Of a stretch of 64,000 bases of DNA, positions 15,575-31,034 are shown one piece after another. The DNA is taken from the NCBI RefSeq assembly GCF_009914755.1, contig NC_060931.1. One strand, 5' to 3'. The notes beneath the pieces are model-generated. The model saw nothing but the letters and a program-made list of their open reading frames with translations, was not told the origin of the DNA and made no database searches. Made by a program: the position numbers and the translations under genes. Every line of letters starts with the position of its first letter. Positions within the stretch are counted from its first letter, which is position 1. This DNA is from the human T2T-CHM13v2.0 reference genome, Homo sapiens.

Positions 15575-16012
15575 TAGCCAAGTGATTTTTGACAAAGGTG
15601 TAAAAGCGGTCCAATGCAGAACAGATATTCTTTTCAATAAATATTGCTGCAGCAATTGGCTATTCATAGGCAAAAGAATGAAACTTGACCTAAACCTCAT
15701 ATTTTATACAAAATTAACTCAAAGTAGACCATAAGTTTAAATGTAAAACTATAAAACTTTAAAAGAAAACATGAGAAAAATCTTTGAGAGCGAAGGCTTA
15801 GTAATGACTGAGAATCCACAAACGTGACTGAGAATCCATAAAAGAAAAAAATAATAAATTGGACATCAAAATTAAAAACTTTTGCTCTGCAAAGCATTAA
15901 AAGGATGAAGAGAAGCTACAGACTGGGAGAAAGTCTCGAAACATCCTGTCTCAAAAAAAAAAAAAAAAAAAAACCAAAGGCTGGCAAAGATGTGGACAAT
16001 CTGGATCTTTCA

Positions 16013-16384
<372 letters not shown>

Positions 16385-17095
16385 CTAAACATACACTTAC
16401 CATGTGATCCAGCAATATCACCTGAGAAATTTATTTATTCCAGAGAAATTAAAATGTATGCCCACACAAAAACCTGAACATGAATGTTCACAGCAACTTT
16501 ACTCGTAATATCCTAAGACTGGAAACAACCAAAGTTCTACAATAGGTGGATGGAGAAATAAACTGTGATATATATCCATACCATGGAATATTATCTAGCA
16601 ATAAAAGTGAATGAACTATTGATACACACAACAGCCTGGTTGGATTGTAAGGGCATTAAGCTGAATTTTTAAAAACCCAGAAACAACCCCAGTCTGAAAA
16701 GGTTACATATTATATAATTTGATGTATGTGACATTTCAAAATGATAACATCTCAGAGGTGGAAAATGGATTAGTCATTGTTTGGGGTTTAGGGTGGTTGA
16801 GGAGAAGACAACTGGGGTAGTAGGAGGGAGCCTGATAACTTTGTGGTGATGGAACAGTTCTGTATCTTGATTGCAGCGGTGGCTACATCAATCTACGCAT
16901 GGGTGATGACACAAAACTATACAAACACCTCATACCAATGTCAGCTTCCTGATTTTGATACTGTATTGCAGTTACATAAGATGTAACCAGTGTGAGGAAA
17001 TCAGTGAAGGGCAAGTGGAACCTTTATGTACTGTTATCTTTGCAACTTTCTGTGAATCTACAAATTAGTTCAAAATGAAGTTAAAAAAAAAATTA

Positions 17096-17350
17096 GGCCA
17101 GGCATGGTGGCTCACGCCTGTAACCTCAATACTCAGGGAGAGTGAGGTGGGAGGACAGCTCTACAAAAAATAAAAAGGAAATTAGCCAGACATAGTGAGG
17201 CGTGTCTGTGGTCCCAGCTACTGGGAAGGCTGAAGTGGGAGGATCATCTGAAGCCTAGAATCCGAGGCTGCAGTGAGCTATGATGGTGCCACTGCACTCC
17301 AGCATGGGTAACAGAGCAAGACGCTGTCAAAAAAACAAAAACAAAAAAAA
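17096..17350 (+). mobile_element. AluJ with left-arm deletion
   Basis: B-box region missing. Confidence 0.85.
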
Positions 17351-17855
17351 CTAAAAAACAGTCTTTATATTGCATAAGGTAAGGAAAAACCAGATGTTTC
17401 CTATACCCTCGTGACCAGACAGAAGGACTTGCACATCTGACCTCCAGTCATACAGGTCCTGGCAGCCATTCCAGGGAAAAGCAGCAGGACAGAGCAGAGT
17501 ATGTGGCAAAGAGCTTTGGTCCCTCCTGCCAGGGTGCCCTTCACAGCCTCTGAGTGAGATGTGATCAAGGTGCTAATGAAAAAGCAGCCAGACTTCCAAA
17601 GGCAGAGATGTCAAGGGACATCACGGAAGGAAGATTAGGGCTTAGTCATTTTAAAATGTGATACCAAATGAGCACCTGTCGATAATGCCTAACTCTGTCT
17701 CTGTTCTCAAGGCAAGTGCCTCGTGTTCCCCCCCATATCCCTGTCACAGTGATGACACCTGCTGAAGAGAGGAGTCATTAACATTTTAACATACAGAAAA
17801 GAATCCCAGGCAAATGTTACTCTCAACTGCTGAGTCTTAAAACTGAATCAATTTT

Positions 17856-18227
<372 letters not shown>

Positions 18228-18462
18228 TTAACTCTTATTTGACAAAACAGCTAATATGACAAAAGAACATTTTAAAAGGCAGTTTCAAACAACACTCCAG
18301 TTGGCCTGCTCATAATAGTCAATCAATCAATAATTAATAAATGTAAAGTGAACTAAACACTTGCTGGCAGCCTTTACTGACAGGTAATTTTTTCCTTCAT
18401 TATTTGAAGCAAATAAAAATGAATAAGGATGCTTCACTTCTCCTCTTAAATGCAGATGCGGT

Positions 18463-19213
18463 CTGGCATGTGAGAAGCGCCTCTGCCTGGCTGCCCTTCG
18501 TCTGGGAGGCGAGGAGCGCCTCTGCCCGGCCGCCCCGTCTGGGAGGTGGGGGGCGCCTCTGCCCGGCCGCCCCATCTGGGAGGTGAGGAGCGCCTCGGCC
18601 CGGCCGCCCCATCTGGGAACTGAGGAGCGCCTGTGCCAGGCCGCCCCGTCTGGGAAGTGAGGAGCGCCTCTGCCAGGCCGCCCCGTCTGGGAAGTGTACC
18701 CAACAGCTCTGAAGAGACAGTGACCATCAAGAACGGGCCATGATGACGATGGCGGTTTTGTCGAAAAGAAAAGGGGGAAATGTGGGGAAAAGAAAGAGAG
18801 ATCAGATTGTTACTGTGTCTGTGTAGAAAGAAGTTGACATAGGAGACATCATTTTGTTCTGTACTAAGAAAAATTATTCTGCCTTGGGATGCTGTTAATC
18901 TATAACCTTACCCCCAACCCCGTGCTCTCTGAAACATGTGCTGTGTCAACTCAGGGTTAAATGGATTAAGAGCAGTGCAAGATGTGCTTTGTTACACAGA
19001 TGCTAGAAGGCAGCATGCTCGTTAAGAGTCATCACCACTCCCTAATCTCAAGTACCCAGGGACACAAACACTGCTGAAGGCCGAAGGGACCTCTGCCTAG
19101 GAAAACTAGAGACTTTTGTTCACGTGTTTATCTGCTGACCTTCTCTCCACTATTATCCTATGACCCTGCCACATCCCCCTCTCTGAGAAACACCCAAGAA
19201 TGATCAATAAATA

Positions 19214-19245
<32 letters not shown>
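18463..19245 (+). mobile_element. 5'-truncated SVA (old SVA_A/B-like)
   Basis: About 6 GC-rich VNTR units (gaggagcgcctctgcccggccgccccgtctggga), SINE-R from about 18695, aataaa plus poly-A; TSD aaatgcagatgcggt (18448-18462) / aaatggagatgcagt (19243-19257). Confidence 0.95.
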
Positions 19246-19248
<3 letters not shown>

Positions 19249-19476
19249 AGATGCAGTATTTATGCCCAGATTAATTCTCCAGAATTGCAAGACAGATCAT
19301 GTACACAACTACAGCAGTCAAATCATACAACCCTATGAATGATGCTAATACTGTCTTTTCTGCTTCCACATATATAATCCTTACTGATTCACAACTGTTA
19401 TCCTATTCACATATTTTTCCATTGCACAAAAAGCAAAAACACGTCTTCACACAGAAAAAAAGCAAATGAGAAGGTG

Positions 19477-19560
19477 GACTCAAACTCTTGGACTCAAGCG
19501 ATCCCCCTGCCTCAGCCTCCTGAGTAGCTGGGACTACAGGTATCCACCACCATGCCTGGT
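19477..19560 (-). mobile_element. Alu monomer fragment
   Basis: ctcaagcgatccccctgcctcagcctcctgagtagctggg. Confidence 0.75.
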
Positions 19561-19714
19561 TAATTCTGCTTCTTAAACAAAGACAAAGATGACCTGAATG
19601 CTATTAAGAGCCTTGAGTCAGTAGGTATACATGGAATATGTACACAGTCCCTGAAGCGCTATTAACAAAGTGTGACACTGCTGCAAAAATAGGTAAAAAA
19701 AAAAAAAAAAAAAG

Positions 19715-20500
19715 ATTGATGGAACCGACTATAGAGCCTAAAAACAAAACCATATATTATTAAAAGTATTTAAAACAAGTCTCTTCAACAAATGGTGCTG
19801 GGACAACTGGACATCCGCATGCAAAAGAATGAGGGTCTAGACCCCTACCTTATGCCATATACAAAAATTAACTCAAAATGAGTGAATGACCTAGCATAAG
19901 AGCTAAAACTAGGATGGCTATACTTTAAAAAACATACTAACAAGTGTTGGCAAGGATGTAAGGAAATTTAACCATCATACATTGCTGGCGTGAATGGAAA
20001 ATGGTTCCATTTTTGTCGCTGTGGAATACAATTTAGTGGCTCCCCAGAAAATTAAACATAGAACCACTAGTAATTCTACTTCTACGTATATACCCAAAGA
20101 GCTGAAAACAGGTATCCAAACAAGTATGTGTACACGAATGTTCATAGCAGCATGATTTACAATAGCCAGAAGGTGGAAACAAACCAAATGTCCATCAATG
20201 GATGAATGGATAACACTTGTAGTATTTCCTGACACTGGGATATTCAGATAAGAATAAACTATGGATATGTTATAACATACATGAAACCTGAAAACGTTAT
20301 GTGAAGTAAAGGAAGTCAGATGCAAAAGACCACATACTGCTTGATTCTATTTATGTTAAATATCAGAAAGGGCAAATCTATAGAGACAGAAACCACATTA
20401 GCCAGTGGCTGGCGCTGGGGTAAGGACTGACTGCAAACAGGAGTGAGGGATCTGTTAGGGGTGAAGAAATGTTCTAAAATTAGATCAGGTGATGGCTGTA
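19715..20500 (+). mobile_element. L1MB-type 3' fragment
   Basis: tcttcaacaaatggtgctgggacaactgg; aacaagtgttggcaaggatgt. Confidence 0.85.
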
Positions 20501-20717
20501 ATTCCAAAACAAATTATAAACAAATTATTAATCTATCATTATTGAATGTCTATTATTAATAAAGCCTGAAATTAAGACAGTACAATATTATATATATCAT
20601 ATTGTCCAAAGACATGTAAATATTTACTATCACATATCCAATGAATTGTGCATAGAAATTGTTCTGGATACAAAGGTCAAGGTATGGGATAAACTGTTAA
20701 GATAGAGCCTACATTAA

Positions 20718-21365
<648 letters not shown>

Positions 21366-22167
21366 GAAATTTTTTTAAAAACAAACAAAAAAATTTTTGT
21401 CTTTAAACAAAGAGAACCCAACGTGAAACATTCATCCCTAGGTGGCCGAGAACATAAACCCATGTCCCTAGCTTAGCAAACCCTACATCAAGGAAGGTGT
21501 TTTTTAAAAAAATTAAAAATAAAAAGCAATGCATCTGTGATTGGCTTCCTTTTAAAACTGAAGGGCTCTGAGAGGTCTCCCTAAAGATCCAGACGTCCTC
21601 CTGTACACACACATCCACACCCACAAACAATATTCCCTGCAATGCTTTGATTAGAAAGCACTGGAGATACTTCCTCATTCCTTGCTGGGAAGCCTGAACC
21701 ACATCTCTGTCTTCTGCAGATTGGATACAGCTGTAGAACATCTGGCATTCCATTTCCCATTCACAAACATCTAAAAGGTGGAACACTTGAGGAATTTAAT
21801 GTTTAGATGAGGGTGGGGAGGTGGGAGAGTGCTATTTTAGGGCGAGGCAGGCAAGCTGGAGTAGAATCCATCTGCTTTTTATCTCACAGTCCAGGAAAGA
21901 AGGTGAAGCTGGCAGTCTTGGCTGAAGCCCCAGTGAGGATTCTTCCAGCCACTCCATGGCTAATGCCCTGATTAACTTTTTAGTTAAGTTACTTCCCAAC
22001 ATTTCAACCCGTGTTGTGAGTATTTGTATTCCCAACTCTGACTCTCAGTCAGCATCTCAAAGTAAAGCAACACAACATCTCAAAGGCTGTAAGAACTTGA
22101 AGGTTCCTATGCAGCAGAACCTGAGCAAGGAAGGATGGCATTTTTAAAGTCCTAGAGACTGGTTTAA

Positions 22168-22475
<308 letters not shown>

Positions 22476-22754
22476 GTGGAAAGGGCTGGCACATGGTGTG
22501 CCCGCTCTCTTGACAAACCCATGAAATGATAGAAGAGGCTTTTTAAAGAATAAAAAATCACCAACAGCCCAGAGATGCTGAAATCACTACAAAAAAAGAA
22601 AGCAGATAGGAACAGATTGATGGAAAAATTATATTCAAAGAAAAACACATGCAGAAGATGGTTGTAAAGTTAGCATTTTGAAGGAATTTTAAGCCTCAAG
22701 TCAGTGGATATAATAAGTGCAAATGGTTTAAAAAAAAAAGTCAAATAGTACTGA

Positions 22755-22970
22755 AAGGCTCATAATGAAAAACATATGTTCATCTCAATAGATGGAAAAA
22801 TAGCATTTGATAAAATTCAACAGCCCTTCCTGATTTAAAAAAAATCATTAAACTAAGAATAGAAGATGTCTTAACCTAAGTGAAGGACCTCTGGCAGAAA
22901 CCTACAACAAGCATCAGACTTGGAAGCGTTCCCACTACAGACAGAATCAAAACGAGGATGCCACTATCAG
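22755..22970 (+). mobile_element. L1 ORF2 remnant
   Basis: catctcaatagatggaaaaatagcatttgataaaattcaaca. Confidence 0.75.
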
Positions 22971-24574
22971 GGCCCTTACTCTACACAAAAGGCTTTAGGC
23001 AGCTTTGCCAAGGCTGGAAAACCTCTGGTTGGGGCCCAAGTAAGCAAACCAAAGGGAAGCATTTACAACAACTATGTTTTCAATAATTACGAAGTTTGTA
23101 TTCCTCCACCCAAACGGGTTGTCAAATTCTCTGTGCATGTTCCAGGCCAATACGATATCTCATAAACTTTATTGAGAATGTTCCTGAACATGATGGTTTC
23201 CCAAGCAGAGAATTCCACAGTGAATGTGAACAAGTAACCTTACTGGACCTCGGCTGAACCAGGGTATACAAGTGCTCACTTTCTGGAGAATGAGAACCTG
23301 ATGTTTGCCTCAGGCCTGTGTTTAATTATGAAAATGTGGTAGGTGGGCTAGATTTCAACAACAACGAGATAATTGCTAGGGTTCACTCTGACTCATTCTC
23401 CTATTTAAAAAGTATTTAATAATGAATGTGGAAATGTGAAGCTTTCCCTTATTTTATGTTCTTATTTAAGTATTTAACTCTGCTAACCCAAGGCTCACAA
23501 AAGAATGGTCAAAGAAATTATTTCCTTGATTCTCTATTCCCTTTCATTACCTCCAGCCATTTCTGCTCACCTTTTTTCCAGTTTCAAAGAGGCAAGTTAA
23601 AGAGAATGATCATATAAGTACAGCACATTCATAACAGAAAATCATGTGTCCCTGGCTTAGAGGGACCTTTTCCATTTTTTATATACATTTGCTTTAAAGC
23701 TTATGCTTTTCCATGTACATGGGACAGAACAACATATGTAACATGCCCTCTGGCCAGGGCCCTGTTCAAAATACTCAGCTCCAAATATGGAGTCTTCTAG
23801 GGGGAGGGGAGGGGTTGGAAAGAAGTCTTTGTGAGAAAAGAATCAAGTTCTCAAGTTGTGTGGGAGGGTAGGATTCAGGGGTCAGGCCACACTGAGAGAT
23901 CCAGGCTGGAAGCAAAGAAACTCCCCCCAGATGACCTTAAAAATAAAAAATGAACAGTTTTAACACAAGTAGAGGAAGCAAAAGAACTTCTTATCTGCAT
24001 CCAAACCATGCTCAACTTTAACATTTCGCTTCTGGAAATCCGGGCTGCCTCCCGCTCTGAGCAGGGTCCTCCCACACTTTCTATCAACCCCTCCCACAGA
24101 CCAGATCCACAAAAGGATTCCCTCACACTCAAGAACACGGCTGTGTTTTTAAGAATGTAAAAATCCGCCCCTTTTTAAATAGATTTCTTCCTTCCACTTA
24201 ATCTTATCTTCTTTTCCTTTATTCCTCTGGTGGGAAAAATATCTAATTTTGTTAGACATTTTTATTGGTAATTAGTGAGTTATTGAGGATGCAGTGACAA
24301 GGAAAACATAAGACACTGTGCAATCGCTGTCCGAGCCCCTTTATTCTGAAGGCTCCTAGGGCACATACGAACAGGATACAGAAAGCCACTGTGTAGACAT
24401 ATGAAGATAACCACACCCCCTCTGAGCAGAGGGAACAGATGTTTAACAGCTGTCTAGCAACAGAATAAAACAGTGGAACAGAAGTAAAACCTGAATTAGC
24501 CAAATAAAGTGTAGAGGACCTAAAGAGGAACTATGTCGTTATCAAAGTTGGCCAGAATGCCAGCCTCTCCTTAC

Positions 24575-24599
24575 TTGCTTCTCTTCATCTGCTACTCCT
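24575..24599 (-). other. Candidate 25-nt microexon
   Basis: gttaattgtttttctttggctatag|AGGAGTAGCAGATGAAGAGAAGCAA|gtaagg; purine-rich. Confidence 0.25.
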
Positions 24600-24905
24600 C
24601 TATAGCCAAAGAAAAACAATTAACACCTAATTTTACATATGTCTAAATAATGACAAAACATTTGTTTCTAGTTTAAAAACAGTCTCTTTAAACTTATAAA
24701 GAAATTATACTTCACTGATATCAGGTGTGCTCATTTTCCTATGAGACACACAGAATGAAGAAAGCGTGCTTGCTGCGGCAGACTCCAGGAACAAGCAACA
24801 GTGGTCCACCGCCCAACTGCACCCTTACAAGCCTGTGCAAGTTATCTAATCTGCTTAAGCCTCAGTTTTCCCAGCGGTCGAGTAGGGCTCATAGAACATA
24901 TCTCA

Positions 24906-25548
<643 letters not shown>

Positions 25549-26014
25549 CCCATCTCAACTCAAGGATGGTTGTGAGACCACCAAACAAACTCAGTCCGAA
25601 TGGAAAGTGATGCATGTGGCCGTTATTATTGTTGCTATTATTGTTCTGATTATATTAACCACTATTAACATTGGTGCCTCAGCTGGAAACTTACAAGGAG
25701 TATATCTCCATAAAGCAGAGTCTCAGGCACCTACAGTTAAGATACCTATTCCCGTTCTACCGCAGGGAAAAGGGAACTTAAGCTGTATAGAATAACTAAT
25801 GCAAATCCCAAAGAAACAAAACTAGTCAAAAATAAAAACCTGGAATCCTAATTATCATTCTGCTTACTCTATTAGCCACCAGACTTAAAATTCTGTGTCT
25901 TAGGGGACTGAAATTACAACAGGAAGAATAATCATCACAGTGGGGTTTACACGGTGAAAAAAATGTAAGAGACCTAAGCGTCCACAATACTAGACACAGC
26001 AAGTTTCATGCCAC

Positions 26015-26114
26015 GGATCCAATGCAGCCACATAATGACAATGTAAACCTTTACTACATGAGAAGGATCCAATGCAGCCATGTAATGACAAGGTAAACCT
26101 TTACTACATGAAAA
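26015..26114. repeat. 50-bp tandem duplication
   Basis: ggatccaatgcagcca..taatgacaa.gtaaacctttactacatga.aa twice. Confidence 0.9.
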
Positions 26115-27769
26115 CAAGTCTACAACATAGTAAATGAAAAAAAATGGGTACAACACTCTAAGTACATAAAATCCCGTATTTTGAAAAAAGTTATACAAAC
26201 CAAAAGGTTGATAACGGTAGGATTATAGGTAATGTTTATTTTCTTCTTTGTAATTTTCTATAATTTTTTTAAGAGCCTGTACTTACACAATCTCAGGAAA
26301 AAAGTCAATAAGGCCACTTTCATCTTGAAATCAGTGATTTTGTGGCTCCACACAGAGCTGTTCTCACAGACTTCCTACTGTGCCTTCACTTTCCCCACAG
26401 TCACCCCAGCCACTCGGCTCCCTGAGTTACCCAGGCCTTTCCCCTCTCACCTGTACTAACCCACGCCTTAGACTTCATCAAACACTACTGCCTGCCTGCT
26501 CTCTCCAGACAACTGTCTGCAGTCGGATGATGCATGAGTGGGGACGGGCAGAGGGCTTCTGCCCTCCTCACGCTTTCTGTTTAGTTAGTAGGGAACGCAG
26601 CACTTAACACTCAAATGTATTATTTCAAAACACTGATAAACTCTACGAGAGAAAAGAGAAAAGGGACTTGGAGGAGGAAGAGGAGTTGGCCAGACCAAGA
26701 GTGGGGACTGGGAGAAGAGCCTCCTGGGCAAAGGAAACAGAGTGAGCACGAAGACTCCAAAGAGCCCTGCAGGAGGGCAGAGCCTGCTCACAGCTCAGAT
26801 GATGTCAAGACAGCGTCTCAGTCTTTGCAGGGTGGTGAGGCCGGGGTGTCTCCCAGGCAGCCTCACCCAGCAGTGCTCATCTCCAGGACTGCTTTACGTG
26901 CCAGGAACAGATCCACCTCTCAGGTACACACACACATTCAGCACACTGGAGAAATGTATGTATCAAACCAGTGTGCCCATGTATAAATTAACAATAAGAA
27001 ATAACAGCTACCAAACAAATATGAGTCTTTGGCCATATAGTTTACTGCATTCTCTCAATGCTGATTGATCAATTCATAGAAACAAATAAAAACTTATCAC
27101 AGGTAAGAGAATCCTAGATATTAACATGATTATTATCCCCCAAGTGGGGATCCCATTTATAATTGGAAAATTGTCATGTGAGCACATGATCAAACCAAAG
27201 GGCAGGAGCTCAAATAATGGTTTAAAGGCATCGGGACCCGGGCCACAAGGCACCCTGCTAACACCACCTGAATCTTCACTGTCGGAACAGGCTCTCCAAC
27301 GAGCCTGATCTCCAGAGAAATTATTCTCTGGCCATAACCTGCAACAATTTACCTGTTCTGCTTTCTTGCCCCCGTTTGCATCTGAGTTTTAAACTTGCCT
27401 CTTTTCCTGATCTCTCTGCACCCTCAAGACTTTGCTTCCCTCCCAGTTCAGCACCAAGATGCACCTTTTTTTGAATGGCTGTCTTACCTTTTACCCTTCC
27501 ACTAGACCCATTGCCAATCCCCAATCCTTGATAAGCATAACCACCCTTAAACTCATTCCAGACATATGCACAATTCTGGTTATTGAAACAAACCAGCAGG
27601 CTAATTGGTTCTCCAATCTTGGGAGTACCACAGCCAGATTCAAGGAGGCCTTAAGAGTTGCAACTACAAGAAGCACCCCGGGACACACTCTTAGATTAAG
27701 CAAGCTCTGAGTCTGACTGCTGGCCTTGGAGATGCTCTACCCGGCACTCCCACTTCCTATTCTCCATTT

Positions 27770-28260
27770 ATTCTTCTCCCAACTGCTATTCCCCTGCTCC
27801 TTCTAAGGCTATCGTGACAGGTGGACCACATGGCCTGTAATGATGGACCACTTGCCATCACAGAAGCAAAAGAGCCAGGTCCTGGTTCTCCCTGCAGCCT
27901 CCTGTTGTGAACCTGGCCAATCGCAGAAGCCCGAACTTCTGCCCAGGGCTCAGACCAAAAAGAGTGTGACAAGAAACAGACAATTTGGAAATCATTTTGC
28001 CAGTGCCAGCAACAGCCAGGACTGTAGCAGTGGTGGCTGCAGCAGCAGCCACTGGGCAACCTCAGCCAGACTGTGTGGTCTCGGCTGCGGCTGTGGTTCT
28101 GACTGTCCCGCTTCCCTCGTCTACGGTCAGTTTTCTGGGCGTGGCTCTCTGTACTTCCTGTAGGTTCTGTAACTTCCCCCACACCCTTCCAATGATTTCC
28201 TTATACACTTAAATTAGCCAGAGTCATTTTTTGTGATTTGCAACTAGGAGCCCTGAGTTT
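27770..28260 (+). mobile_element. ERVL LTR (LTR33/LTR16-like)
   Basis: 3' end ttaaattagccagagtc...ttgcaactaggagccctga; GC-rich body. Confidence 0.55.
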
Positions 28261-28329
28261 ACATCCACTTCGGGTGCCAGCCTCTTAGCCATGGTATTTG
28301 GTACTCCTGACCCCCACCTCCTACCTCCC

Positions 28330-28760
28330 TGCAGCCCTCTGCCCCTTGGCTCAGTTGAAACCACTCTACCACTTCTACTCTCTTACTTCTACAGTCCATT
28401 CTCTCTCAGCCTCCTGGTATCACAGGATTCCTCTTTCTTCCCAAGCTCCTTAAATACTACAGCTCCCCAGGCTGCATTCCAGTTGTCTACCTTCCTCATT
28501 CTAAATGTTCTCTGAAGTTGCTTTCTCAACTTTAGTGATCACCTAGGTTTTCAGCACACCAGTATACTCAATGCCAGCTAGACATCTCCAATAGGACTGC
28601 AGATATATCAGTGTGTCCAAAAAGGAATTAATTACCTTATCCTCTACACACTGTTTCTCCTACTCCACGCCTTCAAGTCTTTACTATCAAGTTAGACAAG
28701 CTTTAGCTTTGACCCATATCTAAGAGGTCACCAAATCCTGCCAATTCTACCTTTGTAACT
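28330..28760 (+). mobile_element. L2 body fragment
   Basis: ctagacatctcca...caccaaatcctgccaattctacct. Confidence 0.55.
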
Positions 28761-28790
28761 AGTTTTTGTTTTGTTTAAAACAGTAAATGA

Positions 28791-29073
<283 letters not shown>

Positions 29074-29134
29074 TCATCTCAGTCCCAGCGTCTACCCTGT
29101 TTCAGGGCCTTACCACCAGTCCCATCTTTCTAAC

Positions 29135-29493
29135 TGTCTTGGTCAGTTTGGGCTGCTATAACAAAATGCGAAAGACTGGGTGGCTTGTAAACAGGAATCA
29201 ATTTCTTACAAGTTCTGGAGGGTGGGGAGTCCAAGATCCAGGTGCCGGCGGATTCAGTGTGTGGTGAGGGCTGCTCTCTGGTTCTTGCACAGCTGCCTTT
29301 TCTCTGTGTCCTCACTTGGTGGAAGGGGCAAGGCAGCTGTCTGAGGCCTCTTGTACAAGGATCTCATTCATGAGCTAATCACCTACAAAGAACCACCTCC
29401 TAGTACCATCAGGCCCACCTCCTAGTACCATCACCTCAGGGCGAGGATTTTAACAGGAGTTTTGGAGTACATTAATATTCAATCCATTACAAC
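29135..29493 (-). mobile_element. MLT1A-like MaLR solo LTR
   Basis: tgtcttggtcagtttgggctgctataacaaaat...agttctggag...gtccaagatc. Confidence 0.8.
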
Positions 29494-30573
29494 ATCATAT
29501 CATTATCTTTCTAAATCGCAGAACTGATCAACTATCCAGTAACCTTTATCAAGTGCAGCAGGAGTCTTGTGAGGGGGACCTTCCCATGTGTTAGAGGCCA
29601 CTGGAGATCCCTGTTAACAAGGGAGAGTTCTGGAGTGGCCCTCTCTTAGTTATCCAAAGATCAGTGAAGGAGGCACCCACTGCCCTGGAAAAAGAAGAGA
29701 AGTATCTTCTGGGTTCTGACCAAGGACTGCCTTCCCAAGAATTGAAAACTCACTGGCTAATTCTGCATCTGAGCCACAGAGCCTATTGGAGGAAAAGGAG
29801 AGGCCCTCATTCCTTCCCAATAGAAGTTCAAAAGGAACACGATTTACTGATGTCCCCAACTGAGGTTTGCTGCAGGCAAGAACATCAAAAGCCCCATAGA
29901 GGAAGTCACCATGGGAGGGTGACTCAGGCTCAACACCAAGGCCTGGATGCTCATGAAGAGGGCTGGTCTCGGGACATCCCACACCTGTGACTGGAAGCCC
30001 CTGGGGACCCGGTGACCTGTTGAGCAGCTGTACTTAGTGAGTAAGAACTGGGTGCACGAGTGCAAACTGGGAGAGCTGTAGCTCTAGGGCCCTCCAGCTC
30101 TCCCACCGCGTGGCAGGGCTAACCCCTTTGAACAAGATCAACCCTTGGAGTTCTACAGGACAATTCTTGGTCAAGAAAAGTCACCCTGAAGGAGACACTG
30201 GACTTCCTGCTAATTGGTAATAAGAGAGCTTGAGTAATTTGTTGAAAATAATAATAAGAATATGAGACGTGGCCCAAGTTGGTAAAGAAGGTCATTCAGT
30301 TATCAATGGTTCTTCCCCAGCTACTCAGCAAGAGAATGAGAGCCTCTGATCCCTCACTTCAGTGCCTTGCATCTGGTCCTAAATAATGTTCCCAATTTCA
30401 TATCCCACCAAACCCTTACTCACACCCACCACTCACTCCCCAAGAGCATCATGCTCCTTTGCCATGCGCATGTATATTTCCTCCTCACAGAATGCCTGTC
30501 ACTTATCCTTTAAGGCTCGATGACCACCTTTCCCAGCACCTGCCCTGATCCACGCAGTAAGAACTGCTTAGTG

Positions 30574-30872
30574 GGCCAGGCGTAGTGGCTCACGCCTGTA
30601 ATCTCAGCACTCTGGGATGCCAAGGCGAGCACATCATTTGAGGTCAGGAGTTCAAGAACAGCCTGGCCAAAGTGGTGAAACCGATGTCTCTACTAAAAAT
30701 ACAAAAATTATCTGGGTGTGGTGGCACATGCCTGTAATCCTAGCTACTCAGGAGGCTGAGGCAAGAGAATCGCTTGAACCTGGCTGAGGGTGCAGTCAGC
30801 CAAGATTGCACCACTGCACTCCAACCTGGGAGACAGAGGGAGACTCTATCTCAAAAAAAAAAAAAAAAAAAA
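30574..30872 (+). mobile_element. Alu (AluSx-like)
   Basis: TSD aactgcttagtg. Confidence 0.9.
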
Positions 30873-30993
30873 CTGCTTAGTGCTTGCTAGATCATGCACC
30901 ACATCTCAGCCAGTTATTTCCACAGCATCCTCACGAAGCTCCCTAAGAGTGGCCCCTAGGTCCTGCCTAACTCCGTACTTCTCAGAAACCTAC

Positions 30994-31034
30994 CACGGGT
31001 TCTTTCTTATACACGGGAGTCGTTAGATACTACA
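30994..31034 (-). other. Candidate 41-nt (or 36-nt) internal exon
   Basis: Branch tactcac, ttgtattttttatttcag|tgtag|TATCTAACG...CCCGTG|gtaggt; the 36-nt form reads YLTTPVYKKEPV. Confidence 0.4.

Noticed and set aside
18463-18695. Repeat array that superficially resembles a CRISPR or CpG island
   Set aside because: It is the SVA VNTR, with no unique spacers, in primate DNA
18327-18730. Repetitive GRPGRGAPHLPDG ORFs
   Set aside because: Antisense reading of the SVA VNTR
21403-21786. 127-aa minus ORF with an acceptor-like ccaccttttag at 21771
   Set aside because: No convincing donor and no recognisable protein
27757-28212. Overlapping Ala/Ser/Cys-rich ORFs
   Set aside because: They lie in a GC-rich LTR-like repeat
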